From NCBI GenBank assembly GCA_016839445.1, contig JAEOUG010000079.1, positions 1 through 20,544 on the forward strand: a stretch of DNA of 20,544 nucleotides. Direction: 5' to 3'. Below the pieces are notes generated by a model. That model saw nothing but the letters and a program-made list of their open reading frames with translations, had not been told where the DNA came from and ran no database searches. This DNA comes from Candidatus Thorarchaeota archaeon (lineage in GTDB: Archaea > Asgardarchaeota > Thorarchaeia > Thorarchaeales > Thorarchaeaceae). Both the position numbers and the translations under genes were made by a program. Position 1 is the stretch's first letter. Each line of letters begins with the position of its first letter. Shown one piece after another: positions 1-6,968 of this stretch.

Positions 1-1
1 A

Positions 2-358
2 GGTGATATCTCTCCAGTGACAGGCATGGCGTGGAGTGAAGTCCTTGCACATGCCAGGACCGCGGTCTTCGCCAGCGTGGTGACATTCGAGCTCATGTTC
101 GTGTGGAACTGCCGGGATGAATATCATCCTGTCTGGAAGACTCATATCACCAAGTCGAAGGCGCTACTAGCAGCAGTAGCAGTTTCTGCAACTCTGACTC
201 TCTGCACTATCTACCTCCCTCCAATGTGGGCCCTCTTCCAGACCATGCCACTGAACCCATTGGACTGGGTTGTCATTCTACTGACGTCTCTGCCGGCGCT
301 CCTGATTCCACCACACATCATCTTCGGTCACTGGCGAGAGCAGACTCAAGCTGTCTAG
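2..358 (+). CDS. Cation-transporting P-type ATPase, C-terminal membrane domain (5'-truncated by window edge)
   Basis: Frame is open from position 2 (GDISPVTGMAW...). ARTAVFASVVTFELMFVWNCR...IYLPPMWALFQTMPLNPLDW matches the Cation_ATPase_C pattern of type II (Ca2+-type) P-ATPases. Stop overlaps the convergent gene. Confidence 0.85.
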   Translation, partial: GDISPVTGMAWSEVLAHARTAVFASVVTFELMFVWNCRDEYHPVWKTHITKSKALLAAVAVSATLTLCTIYLPPMWALFQTMPLNPLDWVVILLTSLPALLIPPHIIFGHWREQTQAV

Positions 359-1206
359 GATGGCAGACGCTTCTCCAGCCAGTTCATCAGGTCACCAAGA
401 ACCTTCTCCCGCTCAGGTTCTTCGTGTAGCTCATGGTAGAGTCCTCCATAGAGTATCCAGTTCTTGTCCTTTGAAGAGAGGGCGTCGAAGAACTCCTTGA
501 TCTTTGCCTTGTCTACCATCATGTCATCACCGGCCTGCTGGACCAGGACCGGCATCTGAATGAGCTCGGCACCCTGGAATGCCTCTCTTGCGGCCTTGAG
601 CCCCTCAATGCCGAATCTGGGTGTGACCTTCTGGAATCTGAGCGGGTCGTTCTCATGCCTCTTTGCCACTTCGGGCCGCCTTGTTGTCTTTGAGAATCCG
701 ACCTTGTTGTCTACGTACCTCTTGACATTGAGGAGAGAGAGAAGACGACCGACAGCGTACTCGACCCGTCCAACGCCAAGCGTAGGGCTGACGCCAGGGC
801 AATGGAGAATCAGCCCATCGACGACGTTGGTATACCTAATGACATACTTGGTTACTACCACTCCTCCAAACGAGGATCCAAAGACGTAGGTGAGTTTGTT
901 GAGAAATCGGTCCTTGACCTGCATGATGAGATTATCCATGTCCTCGATGTATTCATCGAATCTCATCACATGCCCCTTCCTGCCGGAGTAGTGACCAAAT
1001 CCCCGCAGGTCTGGGGCGAATACAGCCACACCTCTCTCGGAGAGGTACTCTCCAATTGTGGCCATATCCAAGCCATGACTACCAAGTCCGTGGGCGGCCA
1101 CGACGAGCGCTCTCGGATTCATATCATCCGGAAGCCACGACGCCAGAAACATTCGCGTCCCGTCATAGCCAATGTATTTGCTCTCCTCGAACTTCATCGT
1201 GTCCAA
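355..1206 (-). CDS. Alpha/beta hydrolase, lysophospholipase/monoacylglycerol lipase family (Hydrolase_4)
   Basis: HGLGSH oxyanion motif, DLRGFGHYSG, nucleophile elbow GSSFGG, acid GDDMMVD, catalytic His in LYHELHEEP. Purine-rich SD upstream. Start is TTG 1206 or ATG 1197. Confidence 0.9.
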   Translation of the reverse strand: MDTMKFEESKYIGYDGTRMFLASWLPDDMNPRALVVAAHGLGSHGLDMATIGEYLSERGVAVFAPDLRGFGHYSGRKGHVMRFDEYIEDMDNLIMQVKDRFLNKLTYVFGSSFGGVVVTKYVIRYTNVVDGLILHCPGVSPTLGVGRVEYAVGRLLSLLNVKRYVDNKVGFSKTTRRPEVAKRHENDPLRFQKVTPRFGIEGLKAAREAFQGAELIQMPVLVQQAGDDMMVDKAKIKEFFDALSSKDKNWILYGGLYHELHEEPEREKVLGDLMNWLEKRLPS

Positions 1207-1285
1207 TGCTCCTCTCCCTTAGTGGGCTAAGTATCTTGTCCTGGAAGAGCTTGGGGTGTATCCGCTGGACCACCCCACCTATCTC

Positions 1286-2167
1286 CTAGAACCTATTAGG
1301 TCTAGGCTCCTCACCAGAGTAGTCGTAGAAGCCCATTCCCGACTTCCTGCCAACCCATCCTGCGCGGACCATCTTTCTCAGCAGTGCTGGAGCTCTGTAC
1401 TTCCCATCTTTGAACTCGTCAACGAAGTAGTCACTAATGTATAGCAGAGTATCCAGCCCGACGAAGTCCGCCAGTGTCAGAGGTCCCATCGGCCAGTTCA
1501 GGCCCAGTTTGATTGCCAAATCCATGTCTTCCACTGTCGCCACTCCTTCCTGGATGGCGAAGATGGCCTCATTGATGGCCGGCACAAGCAGTCGGTTCAC
1601 AGCAAAGCCGGGCGCCTCGTTGACCAGCACGGTCTTCTTCCCCAGCCTGCCTGAGACCTCCCTGATTACATCGACCGTGGAGTCATCTGTACCCTGACCC
1701 TTGATTATCTCAACTAGCCCCATTACAGGCACAGGATTGAAGAAGTGCATACCAACGAAGAGGTTGGGCCGCTTCGTCACTGCCGCCATCTGGGTTATGC
1801 TGATGCTGGACGTGTTCGAAGCAAGGATGGCATGTTTGGGAGCGTTGGCATCCACTTCCTTCCAGGTGTCGAGCTTGAGCTTGACGATCTCGGGAATGGC
1901 CTCTATCACAAGATCTGCATCCTTCACTGCATCCTTCAGATCGAGGACACCCTTGATTCTCCCTAGAGTACCATCAATCTCCTCTTGTGTTATCTTCCCT
2001 TTCTTGAGACCTCTCTCCAGGTTCTTCTTGATGGTTGACATCCCATTATCGATGAACTTCTGGTCAATGTCCCGCATCTTCACTTCATATCCTGCCTGAG
2101 CGCAGACTTGGGCTATGCCGTTGCCCATCTGTCCAGCGCCTAGGACTGCGACCTTCTTGATTTCCAT
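1286..2167 (-). CDS. hbd: 3-hydroxybutyryl/3-hydroxyacyl-CoA dehydrogenase
   Basis: Rossmann motif VAVLGAGQMGNGIA, plus ASNTSS, GMHFFNPVPVM, PGFAVNR, PMGPLTLADFVGLD and GRKSGMGFYDY. Likely start is ATG 2167 (MEIKK), preceded by GAGGA; the ORF track extends it to 2221. Confidence 0.95.
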   Translation of the reverse strand: MEIKKVAVLGAGQMGNGIAQVCAQAGYEVKMRDIDQKFIDNGMSTIKKNLERGLKKGKITQEEIDGTLGRIKGVLDLKDAVKDADLVIEAIPEIVKLKLDTWKEVDANAPKHAILASNTSSISITQMAAVTKRPNLFVGMHFFNPVPVMGLVEIIKGQGTDDSTVDVIREVSGRLGKKTVLVNEAPGFAVNRLLVPAINEAIFAIQEGVATVEDMDLAIKLGLNWPMGPLTLADFVGLDTLLYISDYFVDEFKDGKYRAPALLRKMVRAGWVGRKSGMGFYDYSGEEPRPNRF

Positions 2168-2276
2168 AGTCAACTTCCTCATGTCTGTTGGAGAATGACT
2201 TGGCCTCGTTATGCCCTCCAAATATGTTTGACTGTTTAGCAGAAGAAGGGGTTTCGCTTCGCTATGGCTAACGGAT

Positions 2277-2318
2277 AGTCACATGTTGTGACTACTTGTT
2301 GTGACCCTTTGTTGTGGC
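2277..2318 (+). promoter_or_regulatory. Palindrome plus three 13-bp-phased direct repeats, probable transcription-factor binding array
   Basis: AGTCACA-tgt-TGTGACT at 2277-2293. TGTTGTGAC at 2284 and 2297, TGTTGTGGC at 2310. Lies immediately 5' of a TATA box. Confidence 0.6.
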
Positions 2319-2323
2319 TCCGC

Positions 2324-2331
2324 TATATATA
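2324..2331 (+). promoter_or_regulatory. Archaeal TATA box of the small-peptide operon
   Basis: TATATATA ending 33 nt before ATG 2364, consistent with a short-leader first cistron. Confidence 0.6.
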
Positions 2332-2363
2332 CCAAATCTGAGTGGTACTTCTTGTGAAACATC

Positions 2364-2465
2364 ATGGCTCTAGCAACTAACAACCACACATCTGTGCTGA
2401 AGAACAAGACCGGTAAGGCTCAGTCCGCTGATGCTCTTGCCTACGCCTACCAGTATCGGAGGTAG
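2364..2465 (+). CDS. Small peptide P1 (33 aa): MALATNNHTSVLKNKTGKAQSADALAYAYQYRR
   Basis: Manual translation. First ORF after the TATA box; shares the C-terminal DA[ILV]AxAYxYRR motif with P4 and the N-terminal MALAxxxxTS with P2. Confidence 0.75.
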   Translation: MALATNNHTSVLKNKTGKAQSADALAYAYQYRR

Positions 2466-2471
2466 AAGTCT

Positions 2472-2561
2472 ATGGCTCTGGCTAAGCGAGAGAGGACTTC
2501 TGAGAGGAAGAGAATCACGACTGACGCTGTCACATACGCGTACCTGACCACTGTGAGATGA
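2472..2561 (+). CDS. Small peptide P2 (29 aa): MALAKRERTSERKRITTDAVTYAYLTTVR
   Basis: Manual translation. SD GGAGGT is embedded in the end of P1, with a 6-nt gap between the ORFs. Carries ITTDAVTYAY. Confidence 0.75.
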   Translation: MALAKRERTSERKRITTDAVTYAYLTTVR

Positions 2562-2565
2562 TCTC

Positions 2566-2691
2566 ATGCGTGGAAGCGGAACGATTGCGAAGACCCCTGG
2601 AGGCACATCCGACCCCGGATGGCCACTAGGTGACCACAGATTTGCTCAGTTCTTCCCAGAACTAGCATATCTTCTGACCAGTCATACATAG
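2566..2691 (+). CDS. Small peptide P3 (41 aa): MRGSGTIAKTPGGTSDPGWPLGDHRFAQFFPELAYLLTSHT
   Basis: Manual translation. Fills the P2-P4 gap almost exactly (4-nt and 14-nt spacers). Motif similarity is weak (AYLLT vs AYLTT of P2). Confidence 0.5.
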   Translation: MRGSGTIAKTPGGTSDPGWPLGDHRFAQFFPELAYLLTSHT

Positions 2692-2705
2692 GAGTGTGAA
2701 TAATC

Positions 2706-2813
2706 ATGGCTCAGACAACAGGGTCACCGAACACATCCGGAAGACTGGGGCACGCGGTCGGGCGAGGAATCTCTACCGACGCAATCGCTCACGCTTATAG
2801 TTACAGGAGGTAA
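2706..2813 (+). CDS. Small peptide P4 (35 aa): MAQTTGSPNTSGRLGHAVGRGISTDAIAHAYSYRR
   Basis: Manual translation. SD-like AGGAGTGTGA upstream; carries ISTDAIAHAYSYRR. Confidence 0.75.
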   Translation: MAQTTGSPNTSGRLGHAVGRGISTDAIAHAYSYRR

Positions 2814-2819
2814 GCTCCA

Positions 2820-2894
2820 GTGGAACACGAGAAACCCAAGAAGAGATCCAGAATCTCAACTCGCGCTATTGCAGAGCAGTACTTCAGGAGGTAG
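2820..2894 (+). CDS. Small peptide P5 (24 aa, GTG start): MEHEKPKKRSRISTRAIAEQYFRR
   Basis: Manual translation. SD AGGAGGT at the end of P4, 6-nt gap. Carries RISTRAIAEQYFRR. Confidence 0.7.
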   Translation: MEHEKPKKRSRISTRAIAEQYFRR

Positions 2895-2926
2895 TGTCAC
2901 TCCATGAATGTGCCAATGGGCAAAAT

Positions 2927-2989
2927 GTTTGCGTCACACAAAACGTTTATAACAAACCGTTGGTACTACAAACGGTGTCTGACACAAAC
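2927..2989 (+). promoter_or_regulatory. Probable promoter (TATA TTTATAA 2946-2952) with overlapping palindromic operator
   Basis: Near-perfect 21-bp palindrome ACCGTTgGTA-c-TACaAACGGT at 2956-2976. Outer imperfect inverted repeat GTTTGCGTCACAC (2927-2939) / GTCTGACACAAAC (2977-2989). Confidence 0.55.
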
Positions 2990-3015
2990 TCAATTTCTGA
3001 GGTGTGTTCTCGACA

Positions 3016-3336
3016 ATGACAGAAGAGGAGGATGAATGTGACGTTGAATCGAAGTTCAATGGTAGCCTGTGTTACCAGAAGGAACAGGTCGATCAAGGTC
3101 CAGTCGTTCGGCGCCTTCTGTTATGGCGGCTTGATGCTTTCAAGCTAGAGTCGTGCTGCATTCACAATACAACCGGACAAATACACTCTACCTATCTCCC
3201 GCAGCGGTCCTCGCTGTGTGATCCGAGGGCCGCTGCAACCGCCGTTGGAACGACAAAGCCTAACTGCGTGCGAGACCACGTGGCAGACCCAGCTTCTTTG
3301 GTCTCAATACTGGAAGAGGGCATGGTCCGGACATAG
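3016..3336 (+). CDS. Hypothetical protein (106 aa, 6 Cys)
   Basis: SD GAGGTG at 2999-3004, ATG 3016, stop 22 nt before the MFS start. No recognisable motif; could instead be a long leader. Confidence 0.4.
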   Translation: MTEEEDECDVESKFNGSLCYQKEQVDQGPVVRRLLLWRLDAFKLESCCIHNTTGQIHSTYLPQRSSLCDPRAAATAVGTTKPNCVRDHVADPASLVSILEEGMVRT

Positions 3337-3358
3337 GTCATACCAAGAGGAGAAACAA

Positions 3359-4933
3359 ATGAGCAGAATGAAGCAGTTCCTGGGCCTTCCTGACGCAACG
3401 GAAAAGGTCCTTCGACTTGCGCAGGTCATGGCCATACTCGGGCCGCTAGCAAATCTTACGTTCACACTATCGTCGACATTCTACGTTGTCTTCGTCGCAG
3501 GTGCCCTTGGTGGGGGCTCCTTCATCGAGGGCATGGCATTGGTGGGGGTCCTTGTGGTCATCCAGATGGCCACTCAGACGCTTCTGGACTATCCCACTGG
3601 AGCAGTAGGGGATTGGATCGGGCAGAGATATGTCATAGGTTCTGCATCAGTCTTCTACGGCCTATCGTTCTTCATGGTGTCACTTGTCACAGAGGCCACT
3701 CCCTTCTGGTATCTCGCTGTCATCTATGCGGTCAGTGGATTCGCTGGCTCTCAGATGAGCGGAGCTTGGGGCGCATGGTTCGACAACAACTACAGAGTAG
3801 CCATGCCTGGCGACGTAGACAGGAAGCAGTACGGCGTGTTCTGGGGCCGGATGGGCATGATAATGCAGGTTGTAGCGACGGCCTCACTGATTCCAGGAAG
3901 CATCCTTGCCACCATCATCTCTCGTGAGTGGGTCTTTCAAGTTCAGGCAGTTCTCTCAATCGTTTTGGGCATTGTAGCCTTCCGGCTTGTGAGGGACTTT
4001 CCCGAGGTCGAAGAGGAGAGGCGCGCCCAGAACGGAGGGGCAAGACCCAGTATGGGCGAGTACGTTGGGATCCTGAAGGGTGGAGTCTCCTTCCTGTTCA
4101 AACATCCCTTCGTTCGGTACATCGTCATTGGAAGCATGCTTGCTGCCAGTAGCATTATGGTTTGGGGTAATCTGATCCTCTTCCCCATGTACTATAGCTA
4201 CCTCATCACTGACGTTGCCGTAGCAAGCTTCAGAACGCTTCTCTTTGCTCCCGGGATACTGTCCCAAGAGCGCTCTGGAGTCTGGTCTCGCAGATTCGAA
4301 CCGAAGAAGTGGATTCCACGGTTTCGCTTTATCCAGACTTGCGGCTTCGTGTTCTTCTGGGTTTTCGCCGTGATTATGTTCATCTTCCCGCCTGCATTGG
4401 ACTCAACCAATGTGTTTGTGATAACCTGGCCCTTCACAGCTGTGGAGCTCCTTAGGCTCCCTGTGAATAACATCGTGCCTATCGCTCTGATCTTTACCAC
4501 CTTCGTATCGACCAGCTTCTTTGGTGGCTTTGCAGAGATTCTCACTCAGAGGGTTCTTCTGGACGTGATCCCAAACAAGATCAGGAACAGCATGTACTCA
4601 CTTCAGCCAACGATTGCGATGTTGTTCGCTATGCCTCAGATAGCACTCTTCGGTTATCTGCTGACCACCATCGGCTTCCCGCTGACCCTTATGATCTGCG
4701 GAGTAACGTCGTTGGCTGGCGTGCTGCTAATCGCACTTGGTCTAAGGCAGGAGGTGCCTGAGCACGAGGACGACTCTCTTGCCCTGCCTCCAGGAGCCAT
4801 CGTGGAAACCGGTGCCTCATCGCTAGATGTGCCTGACATTGAGGAGGCTGAGGCGACGCTCACGACCGAGGAGGTTCTCGCAGATGAGAATCAGTTTGTG
4901 GCAGAGGTAGAGAGAGTCTCTGCAGAGGACTGA
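3359..4933 (+). CDS. MFS transporter with acidic C-terminal tail
   Basis: About 12 hydrophobic segments. Motif A-like DYPTGAVGDWIGQR and a second-half ILTQRVLLDVIPNKIRNSMYS. SD GAGGAG before ATG 3359; the track's start at 3218 is an unlikely extension. Confidence 0.9.
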   Translation: MSRMKQFLGLPDATEKVLRLAQVMAILGPLANLTFTLSSTFYVVFVAGALGGGSFIEGMALVGVLVVIQMATQTLLDYPTGAVGDWIGQRYVIGSASVFYGLSFFMVSLVTEATPFWYLAVIYAVSGFAGSQMSGAWGAWFDNNYRVAMPGDVDRKQYGVFWGRMGMIMQVVATASLIPGSILATIISREWVFQVQAVLSIVLGIVAFRLVRDFPEVEEERRAQNGGARPSMGEYVGILKGGVSFLFKHPFVRYIVIGSMLAASSIMVWGNLILFPMYYSYLITDVAVASFRTLLFAPGILSQERSGVWSRRFEPKKWIPRFRFIQTCGFVFFWVFAVIMFIFPPALDSTNVFVITWPFTAVELLRLPVNNIVPIALIFTTFVSTSFFGGFAEILTQRVLLDVIPNKIRNSMYSLQPTIAMLFAMPQIALFGYLLTTIGFPLTLMICGVTSLAGVLLIALGLRQEVPEHEDDSLALPPGAIVETGASSLDVPDIEEAEATLTTEEVLADENQFVAEVERVSAED

Positions 4934-4942
4934 TTCGATGAA

Positions 4943-4975
4943 GGCCGCCCTTTCGGCGGCCCTTCTACTTCTTCC
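4943..4975 (+). terminator. Hairpin plus pyrimidine tract after the MFS gene
   Basis: GGCCGCC-ctttc-GGCGGCC followed by CTTCTACTTCTTCC. Confidence 0.6.
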
Positions 4976-5080
4976 TAGGAAAGTATATACAGGCTCATGT
5001 TGAAGGCCGTTCGGTGCTTACTTATGACAGATAGGCCGCATTTTCTGAATGTCCAGTACTCAGGGTCTGGACTAACCACC

Positions 5081-5905
5081 ATGGACTATGAGAAACGAAT
5101 GGTCCGGGAGCAGGATGTGAAGTTTGACGGCGAAGATGGCTCAATCGAGCTGACTGACGTACGCCTAGTGTGGATCAAGGCCCCGAAGAAGAAGAGTGGA
5201 ATGAAGAGGTTCGGTGCTCTTGCAGCGGGCATCGCTGGCGCCGCTCTATTAGAGGGTGCAGGGAGACAGGTGGGAGGTATCGGAGGTCGCATGCTCAGAA
5301 GTGCAGGGCGCGGCATAGGCGTTGCAGCTGTGGGTACAGCAATCAGCGGATGGACTCGCGACTCATTCTATAACAAGGATGCAGACGGTAACACTGAGAG
5401 TCTTGCCCTTCCGGTTGCCGTGATATCTCAGGCCACCCAGAGCGGTGACAACCTTGTGGTCGAGCTGAAATCCGGTGGGAATATGCAGTTTCAATTCAAA
5501 CAGAAGAAAGTGATTCCGTCCATAGTTGCCAATCTCACGCAGGCGCAGGGAGAAGGGAAGTGTCCCTACTGTGGCGCCGGAGCGGCTACGAACATGTCCT
5601 CATGTCCGAGATGCAATGCTCCTCTTGGTGGTTCGGGCAAGCCGGCCCCTTCAGGTGGCGGCGGTGGTGGACGAGCGGACTTCTCCGGAACCCCTGGCGA
5701 GATGCATATCCACTACCAGGGTGATGAAGGAGGTCCAGAGTCTGTCACTGTCAGATATGGCGAAGACCGTGACGGTGATGGCAGGCCTGACAGCGTGTCT
5801 ATTGACTACGGCGGCCAGGCTGGCGGCGGAGGCTACTGCGCAAACTGCGGGGCGCAATATCCGGCAGGAGCCAAGTTCTGCAACAAGTGCGGCAACAAGG
5901 TTTGA
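5081..5905 (+). CDS. Hypothetical protein: PH/GRAM-like domain with glycine-zipper insert and two C4 zinc ribbons
   Basis: GSIELTDVRLVW...LALPVAVISQA...LVVEL pattern; CPYC-x10-CPRC and CANC-x10-CNKC; DRDGDGRPD loop. TATA-like AAAGTATATA near 4980-4989. Start uncertain (4997, 5024 or 5081). Confidence 0.75.
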   Translation: MDYEKRMVREQDVKFDGEDGSIELTDVRLVWIKAPKKKSGMKRFGALAAGIAGAALLEGAGRQVGGIGGRMLRSAGRGIGVAAVGTAISGWTRDSFYNKDADGNTESLALPVAVISQATQSGDNLVVELKSGGNMQFQFKQKKVIPSIVANLTQAQGEGKCPYCGAGAATNMSSCPRCNAPLGGSGKPAPSGGGGGGRADFSGTPGEMHIHYQGDEGGPESVTVRYGEDRDGDGRPDSVSIDYGGQAGGGGYCANCGAQYPAGAKFCNKCGNKV

Positions 5906-5924
5906 TGGCCTCTATCAGGCTGTG

Positions 5925-5946
5925 AGGGTTCTCTTCGGAGAACCCT
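5925..5946. terminator. Perfect hairpin between convergent genes (probable bidirectional terminator)
   Basis: AGGGTTCTC-TTCG-GAGAACCCT, a 9-bp stem with cUUCGg tetraloop, followed by a T-rich tract. Confidence 0.7.
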
Positions 5947-5961
5947 TCTCTCGTTTTCTTC

Positions 5962-6723
5962 CTAGCGCACAAGGTCTTCTTCTCTAGGCCTGTTAATCTC
6001 GGTGCATTTCCCGGTCCTGTCCGTGGTAGTGTAGCCCCTGATCAAGACAAAAGGAGTCCGTTCGTTCGCCTGTCCCATGAGATTCTCTGCAAGAGCGCAC
6101 AGCTCATCTACTTGACAGACAGTGGATCGCTTCAGCTCTCTGCCGTACAGGTCTCTCTTCCCTGCATTCATCTTGAAAGGACTGATGCCAGCGCAGCCAA
6201 TTGCGACATTGATGGATCCCTTTCTCCATGGTCTACCTTGCGTGTCGCTGATTATGACCGCAAGCTCAGCGCCTGTATGCTTCTCGAGTTCGCTTCTTAT
6301 TCTGGCTGCTGAGGCGTCCGGGTCACTGGGCAAGAGAACGTAGGTGCCCTCTTCTGTGTTCGACCGGTCCACGCCACTGAAGTTGCACACAAGCCCGCTA
6401 TGAGTTTCCGTAATGAGTACCTTCACATCTCTGATGACTTCGGATGCTTCATGAAGTGCTATCTGAACGTGAACGGGGTCAAAGCCGTTGGCCTTGGCAA
6501 TAGCCGCCGCCTTATCGGACACACTTACCTCCTCTCCCCGGACAACTCTGCCCTCCGACTTGGAGACGACCTTCGACGATATGACCAGAATGTCCCCAGA
6601 CAGGAGGCTCATTCCCCTATTATCTGAGGCTCGAAGAATCAGCGCCTCCAGTGAGTCTCCCTCCCTCACTTCATCCTGTACTGTCAGACCATATGCTTCG
6701 ACAGTCACGTTCGTCACAGGCAT
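5962..6723 (-). CDS. cofE: Coenzyme F420-0:L-glutamate ligase
   Basis: GDILVISSKVVSKSEGR, NFSGVDRSN, LLPSDPDASAARIR, VIISDTQGRPWRKG, DLYGREL, DELCALAENLMGQANE. Likely start ATG 6723 (MPVTNV). Confidence 0.93.
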   Translation of the reverse strand: MPVTNVTVEAYGLTVQDEVREGDSLEALILRASDNRGMSLLSGDILVISSKVVSKSEGRVVRGEEVSVSDKAAAIAKANGFDPVHVQIALHEASEVIRDVKVLITETHSGLVCNFSGVDRSNTEEGTYVLLPSDPDASAARIRSELEKHTGAELAVIISDTQGRPWRKGSINVAIGCAGISPFKMNAGKRDLYGRELKRSTVCQVDELCALAENLMGQANERTPFVLIRGYTTTDRTGKCTEINRPREEDLVR

Positions 6724-6968
6724 GAAGAAGCAAGAACTGCACGTATAGGTATCGTTAGAACATGTGTTCCAAGAAATGAACTCCTGATGATTTGGGCTCA
6801 CTATCACTAGACGCGCTCAAAATAGCCCTCTGGCCCATTCTGGGGGTCCAGAGGGAAAACGGTAATATAGGGAACAACGAAGTCCAACAGGACCAGTAAT
6901 CGATGCGCAAAACACTCTGACCTAGGGGCGGAGCGTGCAGTCCGATAGTACGACCTTCTGGTCCCGAC

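Noticed and set aside
2370-2606. 78-aa minus-strand ORF in the ORF track
   Set aside because: It is antisense to the better-supported plus-strand peptide array and has no SD or motif.
2364-2894. Possible CRISPR array or DNA tandem repeat
   Set aside because: There are no identical nucleotide repeats; the similarity is at amino-acid level with synonymous differences.
2904-3035. Sixth small ORF (43 aa) after P5
   Set aside because: It has an SD but lacks the shared motif, runs through a TATA box and palindrome, and overlaps ORF 3016. Left unannotated but not excluded.
3218-3358. N-terminal extension of the MFS ORF (similarly hbd 2168-2221, cofE 6724-6807, radA 13837-13866)
   Set aside because: Downstream ATGs fit the family N-termini better and mostly have a clear SD; the extensions are longest-ORF artefacts.
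5075-5084. Perfect Kozak-like ACCACCATGG
   Set aside because: It is a single occurrence with no evidence for scanning initiation, so likely chance.
6784-6860. Hammerhead ribozyme (CUGAUGA ... GAAA)
   Set aside because: GAAA does not directly follow the first stem, and no stem I/III with an NUH cleavage site could be built.
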